Source: an uncultured Gammaproteobacteria bacterium
Lineage (GTDB): Bacteria; Patescibacteriota; Patescibacteriia; UBA9934
Length of the DNA stretch: 64,000 nt
Assembly (NCBI GenBank): GCA_964344145.1
Contig: CAYFME010000007.1
Location: forward strand, 2-64,001
Direction: 5' to 3'
Below, piece after piece: positions 15,251-24,862 of this stretch. The position numbers were made by a program, and so were the translations under genes. The notes under the pieces are model-generated. The model was given only the letters and a program-made list of their open reading frames with translations, was not told the DNA's origin and did no database searches. The number at the start of each line of letters is the position of its first letter. The first letter of the stretch is position 1.

Positions 15251-16063
15251 ATGGAGAACATCCTCCTGCCATCTAAAATGACGTTCCAGGACGGCGATCA
15301 GGATCACGAACAGATCCTCACGATTGAACCGCTTCACCATGGGTATGGAACAACGATCGGAAATGCGCTGCGCCGCGTGATGCTTTCTTCTCTGGAAGGA
15401 GCTGCGGTCACAGACGTAAAGATTAAAGGTGTTCAGCATGAGTTCTCACCTGTCGAGGGTGTGAAGGAAGATGCGCTGGAGATCGTCATGAATCTGAAGC
15501 GCTTGCGCTTGAAGGTTCACTCAGATGAGCCTGTTACGTTGTCATTGAACGTCACCGGACGAGATGGCGCGGTGAAAGCATCTGACTTTGAAGCGAACGC
15601 AGACGTTGACATGATCGACAGCGATGCTGTTGTTTGTACGCTTACGGACAAGAAAGCAACGCTTGATATGAGTGTAGTTGTGTCGCGTGGACGTGGATTC
15701 TTGCCAACGGAGAAGCGTGAGGATACGGGAAAAGAAATTGGCATGATGGCTATTGACGCGATCTTTAGCCCCGTGCTAAATGTCGGCCTGTCTGTTGAGA
15801 ACACGCGTGTTGGTGAGATCACCAACTACGACAAGTTGATCATGAAGATTTTGACAGACGGATCCATCACTCCACAGGAAGCGGTTGAGCAAGCAACAAA
15901 GGTTGTCATGAACCACTTCAATTGGATTGAGAATCAGTTCGCACACTCTTCGCTGATGGAGGCAGCTATGAACAATGACGCTGCATCTGATGAACCTGCC
16001 GAGGAAGAGGAATCTGCGCCTGAGGTTGAGGATACAAATGAATCAACGGAGGACGACGAATAA
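15251..16063 (+). CDS. rpoA: DNA-directed RNA polymerase alpha subunit, N-terminal domain only, with an acidic C-terminal tail
   Basis: The alpha-NTD is conserved. The product is 270 aa and ends in DEPAEEEESAPEVEDTNESTEDDE instead of an alpha-CTD. Confidence 0.85.
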   Translation: MENILLPSKMTFQDGDQDHEQILTIEPLHHGYGTTIGNALRRVMLSSLEGAAVTDVKIKGVQHEFSPVEGVKEDALEIVMNLKRLRLKVHSDEPVTLSLNVTGRDGAVKASDFEANADVDMIDSDAVVCTLTDKKATLDMSVVVSRGRGFLPTEKREDTGKEIGMMAIDAIFSPVLNVGLSVENTRVGEITNYDKLIMKILTDGSITPQEAVEQATKVVMNHFNWIENQFAHSSLMEAAMNNDAASDEPAEEEESAPEVEDTNESTEDDE

Positions 16064-16066
16064 GCT

Positions 16067-16417
16067 ATGCGCCACCGCAAGACGACAAAAACCCTTGGAC
16101 GAACACCAACAGCCCGCAAGGCTATGTTGCGTGATTTGGCTACGAGCGTGATTGTGTACGAAAAGGTAAAGACCACGCTGACCAAGGCAAAGGCTGTGCG
16201 TCCGGTTGTTGAGAAGTTGATCACCAAGTCTAAGAAAGGTGATTTGGCGGCACGTCGTCAGCTACTGGCATTTTTTCCAACAGAGCAGCCTGTGAATAAG
16301 CTCATGGATGTTCTTGGACCACGCTACGTGAATCGTCCAGGTGGATACACGCGTATTACGAAGATCGGCACGCGCCAGGGAGACGGCGCGCCCGTCGCAC
16401 AGATTGAACTTGTTTAA
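16067..16417 (+). CDS. rplQ: 50S ribosomal protein L17
   Basis: MRHRKTTKTLGRTPTARKAML... Confidence 0.9.
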   Translation: MRHRKTTKTLGRTPTARKAMLRDLATSVIVYEKVKTTLTKAKAVRPVVEKLITKSKKGDLAARRQLLAFFPTEQPVNKLMDVLGPRYVNRPGGYTRITKIGTRQGDGAPVAQIELV

Positions 16418-16418
16418 T

Positions 16419-16766
16419 ATGCAACGAAACGTCTACAAAGTTGATGCTACGGATCAGGTGCTCGGCCGATTGGCTACCGAGATTGCGACGCGCTTGATCG
16501 GAAAGTATCGTCCAGATTATCAGGCACACATCGATGCCGGTGATGTGGTTGAGGTTTCCAATGTGGCAAAGATCAAGCTGACGGGAAAGAAGATCGAGCA
16601 GAAAGAGTACTACCATCACTCACAGTATCCAGGTGGATTGAAGGCGCGCAAGATGGAGGTATTGATGGCTGAGAATCCTGCCGAGGTATTGAAGCTGGCT
16701 GTGTCTCGCATGTTGCCAAAGAATAAGCACCGCACTCCACGCTTGAAGCGTTTGAAGATTAGTTAA
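16419..16766 (+). CDS. rplM: 50S ribosomal protein L13
   Basis: VYKVDATDQVLGRLATEIATRLIGK. The ATG at 16419 is used, since the track ORF start lies inside rplQ. Confidence 0.85.
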   Translation: MQRNVYKVDATDQVLGRLATEIATRLIGKYRPDYQAHIDAGDVVEVSNVAKIKLTGKKIEQKEYYHHSQYPGGLKARKMEVLMAENPAEVLKLAVSRMLPKNKHRTPRLKRLKIS

Positions 16767-16770
16767 GTAT

Positions 16771-17166
16771 ATGGCTGAAAAGTATTATCAAAGTATTGGT
16801 CGCCGTAAGACCGCTATCGCACAGGTACGCGTTATTCCTGGCGGAAAGGGATCGATTACGGTCAACGGAAAGGATTACAAGGAATATTTCCCTGTGCCAA
16901 TGTTGCAGGATGCTGTTGAGCGACCATTGCGCGAGACAGGGAAGCTTGAGAGCGTTGATATCACGGTACGTGCTGTTGGTGGTGGACAGACCGGACAAGC
17001 AGATGCGGTGATGATGGGAATCGCCCGCGCACTCGTGAAGTACGACGAAAGTCTCAAGACGGTTATGCGCACACATGGCTTCCTCACACGTGACGCACGC
17101 AAGAAGGAGCGCAAGAAGTTCGGATTGCATGGAGCTCGCCGAGCCAAGCAGTGGCGCAAGCGATAA
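16771..17166 (+). CDS. rpsI: 30S ribosomal protein S9
   Basis: The C-terminus reads ...KKFGLHGARRAKQWRKR. Confidence 0.9.
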   Translation: MAEKYYQSIGRRKTAIAQVRVIPGGKGSITVNGKDYKEYFPVPMLQDAVERPLRETGKLESVDITVRAVGGGQTGQADAVMMGIARALVKYDESLKTVMRTHGFLTRDARKKERKKFGLHGARRAKQWRKR

Positions 17167-17208
17167 TAGATCACAGCTGATCGTGAGCAGATTACAGCAG
17201 ATAAAGAA

Positions 17209-17238
17209 GAGCCGCCGAAAGGTGGTTCTTTTGGTTTT
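17209..17238 (+). terminator. rho-independent terminator (gagccgcc-GAAA-ggtggttc + TTTTGGTTTT)
   Basis: The stem carries G-U pairs and a GNRA loop, followed by a U-tract after rpsI. Confidence 0.5.
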
Positions 17239-17252
17239 GCTATAATGAATCC

Positions 17253-18143
17253 ATGGAGTTTATCTACGCATTGCCGACGATCTTGCTGTTCGTTGTGCAG
17301 TCGATGACACCAACGTATGAGCTACAACCTGGTCAGACAGTGATCGCTTCCTACTTGGTAAACGAAGAGGCGGAACTTTACGATCCGCTTGTTGTGGAAG
17401 GATTGCCAGACTACTTTGAAGAACTTGCGGAGGACCGTGCTACCCACGAATGGATGTGGGATTTTGTCATCGAATCAATTGATGAAGTATTTGTCGTGGA
17501 ACACGTTGTCGGCTTCGATATCTTTATCGACACCCCAGACGACGATCTGCTCGCTTACGTGATTCAGTCCTGGGATGATCCAGAGAAATGGATCGTCTCG
17601 TTTGACATTGAGGACATGCAAAATGAGGGGATGTTTTACCAAACAGCTATTCATGAGCTGGCTCATCTTATCACGCTCGGCGCGCATCAAGTGGAGATGT
17701 CGCATGTGGCGTTTTATGCTGATCTGTCCGATCCAATCTACCAGGAACGGTACGATCAGGTTGTCGCGACCTGCGAAACGTATTTTACGGGCGAGGGGTG
17801 TGCGCATTCGGATTCCTACATCTATCAATTCACGCAAACCTTTTGGAGAGACCTGTTCTCGACGTATGGACCGGTCGACACCAATCAAGGCGACATAGAT
17901 TTCTACGTTGGCAGAGGGGATCAGTTTGTCACAAGCTATGCGTCGACCAATCCTGGGGAGGACATCGCGGAATCATTTATGTTCTTTGTCATTCGTTCAA
18001 AGGCTGAGGATGATTCTGTAGCATCAGCAAAGCAAAACTTTTTCTATCAATATCCTGAGTTCGTAGAGCTGCGCGATAATATTAGAGGGTATCTTGGTGA
18101 CGCACGTTTGAGAATGAGTTTTAAGTCGAACAAAGAGCGATGA
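17253..18143 (+). CDS. HExxH-motif putative zinc metallopeptidase, paralog 1
   Basis: HELAHLITLG and a TNPGEDIAESF block are present. It is ~35% identical to the following gene. Confidence 0.5.
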   Translation: MEFIYALPTILLFVVQSMTPTYELQPGQTVIASYLVNEEAELYDPLVVEGLPDYFEELAEDRATHEWMWDFVIESIDEVFVVEHVVGFDIFIDTPDDDLLAYVIQSWDDPEKWIVSFDIEDMQNEGMFYQTAIHELAHLITLGAHQVEMSHVAFYADLSDPIYQERYDQVVATCETYFTGEGCAHSDSYIYQFTQTFWRDLFSTYGPVDTNQGDIDFYVGRGDQFVTSYASTNPGEDIAESFMFFVIRSKAEDDSVASAKQNFFYQYPEFVELRDNIRGYLGDARLRMSFKSNKER

Positions 18144-18144
18144 T

Positions 18145-19434
18145 ATGAATAACAAGGCAAACATGTTTGGACTTTTTCTGTTTCTGGCCCTCCTGCCGTT
18201 GCAGGTCCACGCCTACGAAACGACTCTTGCATCGTATCTCGTGGACGAGGACGGCGAGCTTTATGATTTGATTACGAGCACGAACCTCACAGGCCAGCAA
18301 AACTTGCTCGCGCAGGACACGGAAACGCATGAGTGGATGTGGGACCAGTTTGTCGGCATCGGAGGAGAGGAGTTCATTACGGAGAACGTCTCGCAGTTTG
18401 ACATCTTTGTTGACACTCCAGAGGAGGACTTTCTTGCGTATGTGGTGCAGGATTCTTGGGACATGAGTAAATGGATCGTCTCACTCGATATCGAGGACAT
18501 GCTCGAGGATCTCGATTACTTTAATGAAACGTTGATTCACGAATTCACACATCTTCTCACACTTGGCGTGGATCAAGTCGATGTGGCGGCTGTGTGGAGT
18601 GAATGGGATTTGCCTGATCATGAGTGGTACGAGCTTTACGATGAGGAAGTCGCTGCGTGTGAGACGTACTTCACCGGCGAGGGGTGTGCACATGAAGACG
18701 CGTACATCTACGATTTCGTTCTTGCGTTCTGGCAGGAGATTTTTGATGAGCATGGAGCGATCGATACGAACGGTGATGGAATCGATTTCTATACAGACAA
18801 CGAGCTCGACTACGTGACGTGGTATGCGGCAACCAATCCGGGTGAAGACATTGCTGAGTCGTTCGCGTATTTTGTACTTGAAGATGAGGCTGATGAAACC
18901 TATGTCCGTGGTCAAAAGCAGAACTTTTTTTACGAATATGCTGAACTCGTTGAGCTTCGTGAGAACATCCGCGCGTTCTTGAACATTACGTCAGATGTTG
19001 CTGATCAGATCGTGGAAGAAACGCCAGAGGTGACGGCACTGATTGATCGTCTTGCTGGTCAGATTATGTTGATGGTCGATAGGGATGGGGAAGCGTGGTA
19101 CATCGATCCGGTTACACGATTGCGTTATTATCTTGCCGACGGTCCAACCGCGTACGAGTTTTTGCGAACATTCGGACTTGGTATTACGAACGCTGATCTC
19201 GCACAGATCCCATCGTCAGACGATCCTGTTGGCGGCGGGTCTCTTGCCGAGGCATTGTCTGGGCGGATTTTGTTGCAAGTCGAAGAGCGCGGCGAGGCGT
19301 GGTACGTCAATCCAACTGATCTAAAACGATACTACTTGGCCGACGGTGATGCCGCCTACACAATCATGCGCGAGCTTTCTGAGGGAACGCTTGCTGAGTG
19401 GATAGAGGACATCGCTTCGGGATCAGTGCAATAA
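18145..19434 (+). CDS. secreted HExxH-motif putative zinc metallopeptidase, paralog 2, with a C-terminal tandem ~60-aa repeat
   Basis: A signal peptide MNNKANMFGLFLFLALLPLQVHA precedes HEFTHLLTLG. A repeat GEAWY(I/V)(D/N)P..L.RYYLADG occurs twice. Confidence 0.55.
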   Translation: MNNKANMFGLFLFLALLPLQVHAYETTLASYLVDEDGELYDLITSTNLTGQQNLLAQDTETHEWMWDQFVGIGGEEFITENVSQFDIFVDTPEEDFLAYVVQDSWDMSKWIVSLDIEDMLEDLDYFNETLIHEFTHLLTLGVDQVDVAAVWSEWDLPDHEWYELYDEEVAACETYFTGEGCAHEDAYIYDFVLAFWQEIFDEHGAIDTNGDGIDFYTDNELDYVTWYAATNPGEDIAESFAYFVLEDEADETYVRGQKQNFFYEYAELVELRENIRAFLNITSDVADQIVEETPEVTALIDRLAGQIMLMVDRDGEAWYIDPVTRLRYYLADGPTAYEFLRTFGLGITNADLAQIPSSDDPVGGGSLAEALSGRILLQVEERGEAWYVNPTDLKRYYLADGDAAYTIMRELSEGTLAEWIEDIASGSVQ

Positions 19435-19466
19435 ACAAAAACCGGCCGTGAGGCCGGTTTTTGTTT
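19435..19466. terminator. bidirectional intrinsic terminator (ccggcc-gtga-ggccgg flanked by A- and T-tracts)
   Basis: It sits between convergent genes 18145..19434 and 19465..20478. Confidence 0.6.
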
Positions 19467-20478
19467 ACTTCTTTTTCCTTGAAGACTTCTTCTTAGTTTT
19501 CTTCGTTGCCTTCTTGCGCATATCCGTTGCTTGGTCTGATTCATCAACAATTTCTTGCTTGAGGATTTCCTCAATGACATCTTCGAGACTGACCACTCCT
19601 TCAAGGCCGTCGAATTCATTCTTTACGAACGCAAGGTGCACTTTCGATTGGATGAACATGTTCAAGAGTGTGTCCAACTTTTCTCCTCGAGAGATGACGA
19701 GCGACTTTTCCTTTCGAATGAGTCCTTTAACCTTTGCGTTTAGTTTGATGTTAATCAGGTCCTTTGCATACAAAAGTCCAACAACGTTATCAATATCCTT
19801 TTTGTAAACAGGAACGCGCGTAAAGCCCTCTTTTTTGATCTTGTTGAGGAGCTTCCTATCCAAGTTTGCATCTGCATCAACCGCAAAAACAACCGTGCGG
19901 GGTGTCATAATTTGCTCTGCCGTTTTGTCGGAGAATGACAAAGCTCCTTCGATGATGCGCTCTTCGTCTGTATCAACGGCACTTTCTTTTGATCCCTGGT
20001 GCTCCTTGATGATTTCAATCAACTCCTTTTTGGAATAGATACTTGGCATTTCGTCACCAAGTGTTTTGTCAAGAATCCAGGCGATTGGCCAGCAAACAGG
20101 AAAGAGAATGAAGATGAAGATTTTGACGATCCACGCAGTCTTCGCGCCGACTTGCAGGGCGTAGCGAGCAAAGGTCGCCTGCGGGATGATCTCTCCGAAC
20201 ACAACGATTAACCCTGTGGCGACGAGACCGGCAACGACCCCGCTGGCAATGTTTCCAAGAAAGATGGCCAACGTTGAGTTGACGGCGACGTTTCCAAGGA
20301 GAAGGGTACACAGTAGGAGGTTCCCTCGACGACGAACAGAGTAGACCTTTTTCGCGTCTTTATTTCCAATGGAGATCTTCCGCTCCAGCTCGCTTTTGTC
20401 GAGACTCAAGAGTCCGAGGGTGAGGCCTGAGAAGAGGCCAGATAAAAGAACAAGAACAACAACAATGATGTAATCCAT
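19465..20478 (-). CDS. CorC/HlyC (CNNM) family transporter: DUF21 + CBS pair + CorC_HlyC domains
   Basis: An N-terminal 4-TM DUF21 is followed by CBS-like and C-terminal transporter-associated domains. The tail is Lys-rich. Confidence 0.75.
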   Translation of the reverse strand: MDYIIVVVLVLLSGLFSGLTLGLLSLDKSELERKISIGNKDAKKVYSVRRRGNLLLCTLLLGNVAVNSTLAIFLGNIASGVVAGLVATGLIVVFGEIIPQATFARYALQVGAKTAWIVKIFIFILFPVCWPIAWILDKTLGDEMPSIYSKKELIEIIKEHQGSKESAVDTDEERIIEGALSFSDKTAEQIMTPRTVVFAVDADANLDRKLLNKIKKEGFTRVPVYKKDIDNVVGLLYAKDLINIKLNAKVKGLIRKEKSLVISRGEKLDTLLNMFIQSKVHLAFVKNEFDGLEGVVSLEDVIEEILKQEIVDESDQATDMRKKATKKTKKKSSRKKK

Positions 20479-20575
20479 ACTTCTGCATTGTAGCCTAAAT
20501 AGCCTTGATCATCACGATCTGTACACAAGTAATCTTTGACGGGAGGTATCAGGTATGTTGAAATAGATACAGAAT

Positions 20576-20618
20576 CTCCCTTCAATAGTAGAAACTATTG
20601 CCGGGAGTTTTTGTTTTG
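20576..20618 (+). terminator. terminator-like hairpin (ctcccttcaatagta-GAAA-ctattgccgggag + TTTTTGTTTTG) with no upstream + gene
   Basis: A weak promoter-like TTGACG...TGAAAT lies at 20535-20563. This may mark a very short transcript or a regulatory element. Confidence 0.35.
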
Positions 20619-20636
20619 TCGAGCATGGGCGACCTT

Positions 20637-20704
20637 GGGCCCGGTCAGGTACAACGCGCGTCTTGTCAGTCGATGCGTTTCGGGTTCGAATCCCGACGGG
20701 TCCA
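20637..20704 (+). other. tRNA-like element: canonical T-arm (TCGGG-TTCGAAT-CCCGA) and a 7-bp acceptor-like pairing (GGGCCCG/CGGGTCC), but no D or anticodon arms; possible tRNA 3' remnant
   Basis: GGTTCGAATCC was seen in the sequence. Only 68 nt separate the putative acceptor strands. The interior could not be folded into a cloverleaf. Confidence 0.3.
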
Positions 20705-20847
20705 AGGCCGTGCATGCTTGACGTCAACGAGTTCTGCTGATATGTTTCTGATGACTGACAAGTCGTGCAACCAGACCGGATTTGAAAAGAGCCTCAGCGG
20801 CTCTTTTCTTGTTTTTCTTACCCAAATACGATACTATTCCCCCTGTT

Positions 20848-22275
20848 ATGACGCAACGGTTGGCGAAGAATACGCTGCATTTGACGCTCGCAATGATTGG
20901 GCAAAAAGCCGTTGCGTTTTTGTATTTCGCGCTGATTGCACGGCTGATGGGTGCCGAGGACACCGGTGCGTACTTCATCGCCTTGGCCATCATCACCGTC
21001 ATCATGGTTCTGGACGATCTGGGCATGACGTCCGTGCTCATTCGTGAGACCGCGAAGGACGAAAAGGACGCAACGCAATGGTGCCGTACGGTCATGGGTG
21101 TGAAGGTTATTACGATGCCCATTACAGTCGTCATCGCGTTTTTTGTTCCCGTGATCATGGGTTACAGCGAAGAGGTTACGCAGCTCGTACGCCTGGCAAT
21201 CATCATCATGCTTGCCGATACGCTTTCACTTACGTTCTACGGCGTGCTGCGTGGTTTGCGACGCCTCAAGTATGAATCCATCGGTGTGTTTGTGGGGCAG
21301 ATTCTCATCGCTGGCGTAGGTACATTTTTCTTGTTGACTGGACAGGCAACGTTGCCATTGTTGATCGGTGCGCTTATCGTGGGCAGTCTCTGGAATGTTC
21401 TCTATGGTGCGTCGCGCGTGGTCAAAAAGCTGGGCTGGAAGGCATTGATGCCGACGTACACGCTTGGTTGGAAGCCGTTGAAGATGGCGTTTGCATTTTT
21501 CCTGGCAGCCGTCTTTGTGAAGATCTACTCGTACACAGACAGCATTATTCTTGAGCGTGTGATGGGCGAGGAAGCCGTTGGATTTTATTCGGTTGCCTAT
21601 AAGCTCACTTACGCATTCCAGTTCCTACCGCTGGCGTTCATTGCGGCGTTGTATCCAGCTATGAGCGCGCAAGCAAAGGACCCGGTTGCGTTGAAAGAGA
21701 CGCTGCTCAAATCGTTTTGGTACCTCATGTTGCTCGGTGCGCCAATCGTCTTTGGTATTTGGTCGCTAGGGCCGGAAATCGTCACATTCTTTTACTCGGA
21801 ACAGTACTTGTCGTCGATTTTACCGCTACAAGTGCTTATCTTTGTACTCATCTTTATCTTCTTGGACTTTCCGATCGGTTCACTACTTAATGCGACAGAT
21901 CGTCAGTCAATCAAAACCGCCATCATGGGCGCAACCATGGTCGTGAACATTGTTGGTAACTTGATTCTTATCCCGCGTTACGAGATCGTTGGAGCAAGTA
22001 TCGCGGCCCTTATCAGTTTCATCTTCATGTTCGTGGCTGGATGGATTGCAACGAGAAAGATCGTGGAGATAACGCTCGCGGATCTTTGGAGGAATACGTG
22101 GCATGTTCTGCTGGCGGGAGTCGTGATGGCCATCGTGGTTGTTTTGGTAAAGCTGCTGATGCCGTTTTACGTCGCGATAGTGGTTGGTGCCGCTGTGTAC
22201 GTTGTTCTGGGCTTTGCGTTTGGAGGTATTACGCGTGAACACGTTGCTCAAGTGAAAGGGCTATTGCGACGTTAG
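20848..22275 (+). CDS. Wzx-type oligosaccharide flippase (polysaccharide biosynthesis protein, MOP superfamily)
   Basis: MTQRLAKNTLHLTLAMIGQKAVAFLYFALIARLMGAEDTGAYFIALAI opens a ~12-TM protein. The start at 20848 is preferred over the track start 20782. Confidence 0.7.
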   Translation: MTQRLAKNTLHLTLAMIGQKAVAFLYFALIARLMGAEDTGAYFIALAIITVIMVLDDLGMTSVLIRETAKDEKDATQWCRTVMGVKVITMPITVVIAFFVPVIMGYSEEVTQLVRLAIIIMLADTLSLTFYGVLRGLRRLKYESIGVFVGQILIAGVGTFFLLTGQATLPLLIGALIVGSLWNVLYGASRVVKKLGWKALMPTYTLGWKPLKMAFAFFLAAVFVKIYSYTDSIILERVMGEEAVGFYSVAYKLTYAFQFLPLAFIAALYPAMSAQAKDPVALKETLLKSFWYLMLLGAPIVFGIWSLGPEIVTFFYSEQYLSSILPLQVLIFVLIFIFLDFPIGSLLNATDRQSIKTAIMGATMVVNIVGNLILIPRYEIVGASIAALISFIFMFVAGWIATRKIVEITLADLWRNTWHVLLAGVVMAIVVVLVKLLMPFYVAIVVGAAVYVVLGFAFGGITREHVAQVKGLLRR

Positions 22276-22276
22276 T

Positions 22277-23272
22277 ATGGCAAAGATCCTTCTACCAACA
22301 CTAGACTATCCTCCCCGCACCGGTGGCGTTGCGCGTTACTTGGAGGCAATCAAACAGACCTTGGGGGATGACATGGACGTCCTCTTTTTTGACGATGCCC
22401 CTGGACGACTGTCGATGCTGTGGACGCTTTGGAAGCGTTCGCGATCGTATGAACAGGCTTGGACAAGTCACATTCTTCCAATTGGAACGATGTTGTGGTT
22501 GTTACGGCGGCGTTATAGTGTCTTTTTGCATGGCATGGACTTTGATCTTGCGCGGCGTAGTGCGTGGAAGCGATGGCTTACACGACGTATTCTGAGGCGC
22601 GCTCAGCACGTGTTTGCGAATTCACACGCGCTCGCTTCGGAGATTGGGTCGTTTTGCAACCGAAGGGTGGAAGTTGTGTATCCATGTGTGAGCGATGCGT
22701 TTGTAGAGGCATCGAATGTTGTGCGTCGCGAATCTCACGAAGGCGTAACGCTTCTGACGGTTGGACGATTAGTTGAGCGCAAAGGACATATGGATATGCT
22801 AGAGATCGTTCGTCGCAACAACGATCTGAAATACGTCATTGTCGGCGACGGACCAATGCGTAAGACGATTGAGGACTTTGTCGATGAACATGAGCTTGCC
22901 GATCGCGTTGAGTTATTACAGTCCGTTCCTGATCGCAAGCTGCCGTCGATCTATGCGCGTGCGGATATCTTTGTTATGCCTACACATAAATCTGAAGGTG
23001 ATCGTGAGGGCTTCGGTATCGTGTATCTTGAGGCGCAGCTGTTCGGCACGCCGGTTATCGCTGTTTCTCATCCCGGAGTTAATGAGGCGGTTGTTGAAGG
23101 GGTGGGTGGATTATTGATAAACAGCCATGAGGACCTAGATACGGCTGTAAAAAAGCTGGTTAATGGCCGAGAACTTCGGGAGCAGTTGGGTCGACGAGGG
23201 CAAGAGTTCGTTAAGGCAAAATTCACGAGAGAACACCAGTTTTCTGCTTTGAGGAGCTACATTCCCTCGTGA
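22277..23272 (+). CDS. GT4 (GT-B) glycosyltransferase
   Basis: The ExFGxxxxE motif EGFGIVYLEAQLFGTPVIA is present. Confidence 0.75.
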   Translation: MAKILLPTLDYPPRTGGVARYLEAIKQTLGDDMDVLFFDDAPGRLSMLWTLWKRSRSYEQAWTSHILPIGTMLWLLRRRYSVFLHGMDFDLARRSAWKRWLTRRILRRAQHVFANSHALASEIGSFCNRRVEVVYPCVSDAFVEASNVVRRESHEGVTLLTVGRLVERKGHMDMLEIVRRNNDLKYVIVGDGPMRKTIEDFVDEHELADRVELLQSVPDRKLPSIYARADIFVMPTHKSEGDREGFGIVYLEAQLFGTPVIAVSHPGVNEAVVEGVGGLLINSHEDLDTAVKKLVNGRELREQLGRRGQEFVKAKFTREHQFSALRSYIPS

Positions 23273-23276
23273 ACAT

Positions 23277-24011
23277 TTGGTACGATCGCCACAAATGTTA
23301 ACCGATATGGATCTTGTTTCGATCATCATCCCAACCTATCAGCATGCCGATAGTCTGCCGGTTTGCCTTGATTCGGTATTGGCTCAGACGTACGAGCCTA
23401 TTGAGGTGATCGTCGTGGACGACGGGTCGACGGACAATACGCAAGAGGTGCTTGCGTCGTATGCGCAGCGCGTGATGATGATCAGGCAAGAAAACCAAGG
23501 ACCTCAGTTGGCACGCATGCGCGGGTTTGAAGAGTCGAAAGGCGCATACGTGATTTTTTGTGATGCAGACGTCGAAATGCGACCAGACATGTTGGAGAGG
23601 TTGTACGGCGTGCTGCAGGCACATCCTGAAGCAAGTTATGCGTACTGCGGTTTCAGGTTTGGCTGGAAGCGATTTCATCCAGTGCCATTCGATGCACAGC
23701 GCCTCAAGCGCCATAACTATATTCACACGACTAGCCTCGTACGTCGTACGGACTTTCCAGGCTTTGACCCCGAGGTGAAGCGTCTACAAGATTGGGATGT
23801 TTGGCTGACGATGCTTGCACAAGGGAAGAAGGGTGTTGTCGTGGCTGAGGAGTTGTTTACCGCGCATATCGACGGTTCGTCACGCATCGGAACCGCCTGG
23901 ATGCCGTCGTGGATCTACAAACTGCCATGGAATATGATCGGATGGCGGCCGAAGCGTCTGCGAAAGTACGAAGAGGCGAAGCGGGCGCTCGTGAAGAAAC
24001 ACGGTTTATGA
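23277..24011 (+). CDS. family 2 glycosyltransferase
   Basis: VSIIIPTYQHADSLPVCLDSVLAQTY and IEVIVVDDGSTD are GT2 signatures. Confidence 0.7.
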   Translation: MVRSPQMLTDMDLVSIIIPTYQHADSLPVCLDSVLAQTYEPIEVIVVDDGSTDNTQEVLASYAQRVMMIRQENQGPQLARMRGFEESKGAYVIFCDADVEMRPDMLERLYGVLQAHPEASYAYCGFRFGWKRFHPVPFDAQRLKRHNYIHTTSLVRRTDFPGFDPEVKRLQDWDVWLTMLAQGKKGVVVAEELFTAHIDGSSRIGTAWMPSWIYKLPWNMIGWRPKRLRKYEEAKRALVKKHGL

Positions 24012-24862
24012 AAGTAGACGTGTCGATTGTTGTTGTGACATATAAAGAGCGTCTCGATGTGCTCAAGGCGTGCTTTGATTCAGTTGCCGCAGCAAAGAAC
24101 GTCACCTATGAGTTGATTGTCGTTGACAACGGAGCGAGTGATACAACACGAGGGCTGTTGGAGTCTTACGAAGATGTCACGTATCTGCGCAACGAAACAA
24201 ACCGTGGATTTGCCGCTGCCGTGAATCGCGGCATGGCCGTCTCGCAAGGTCGCTACGTCCTTCTGTTGAATCCGGACGTTCGTTTTCAACACGATGTGCT
24301 CGCAAGTATGCTTACGCACTTGGACGACGACACCGACGTGGGCATCGGTAGTTGTATTATTCGATATCCAAACGGTGATCTACAAGAAAGCATTCGTCGG
24401 TTCCCAGAGCTTTTGGATCAACTACTGATTATGCTGAAGTTGCCTCATGTGTTTAAACGTCTTGGGCCAGTGGAGACGTACATGATGCGTGACGCTGATC
24501 CGTACAAAACGCAGGATGTTGACTCGATCATGGGCGCGTTTATGTGGGTGCGGCGTGAGCTGATTGAGCAAATCGGTTTTTTGGATGAACGGTACTTTAT
24601 TTGGTTTGAAGAAGTAGACTACTGTAAAATGGCCGTGGATAAAGGGTGGCGCGTGCGTCATTATGCTGACGTAACGATCGAGCACCATAAGGGCCACATG
24701 TTTGATCAGATTGGTACCGTGCGCAAGCAGCGGTGGATCCGCGAGAGTTTGCGCAAGTACATGGCAAAACACCACGGACCGTGGGTGGCTGGTGTGTTCT
24801 GGACTCTGACGCCCGTATTCATTGCGGCTGGATATGCCGCGCGAGCGATAAAAGGAAAGTGA
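24008..24862 (+). CDS. family 2 glycosyltransferase (rhamnosyltransferase-like)
   Basis: MKVDVSIVVVTYKERLDVLKACFDS..ELIVVDNGASD is a GT2 signature. The ATGA start/stop overlap couples it to the upstream gene. The track start 23909 is internal to the previous gene. Confidence 0.75.
   Translation: MKVDVSIVVVTYKERLDVLKACFDSVAAAKNVTYELIVVDNGASDTTRGLLESYEDVTYLRNETNRGFAAAVNRGMAVSQGRYVLLLNPDVRFQHDVLASMLTHLDDDTDVGIGSCIIRYPNGDLQESIRRFPELLDQLLIMLKLPHVFKRLGPVETYMMRDADPYKTQDVDSIMGAFMWVRRELIEQIGFLDERYFIWFEEVDYCKMAVDKGWRVRHYADVTIEHHKGHMFDQIGTVRKQRWIRESLRKYMAKHHGPWVAGVFWTLTPVFIAAGYAARAIKGK

Noticed and set aside
20637-20704. Intact tRNA gene
   Set aside because: Only the T-arm and an acceptor-like pairing are present. 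68 nt between the acceptor strands cannot form D and anticodon arms.
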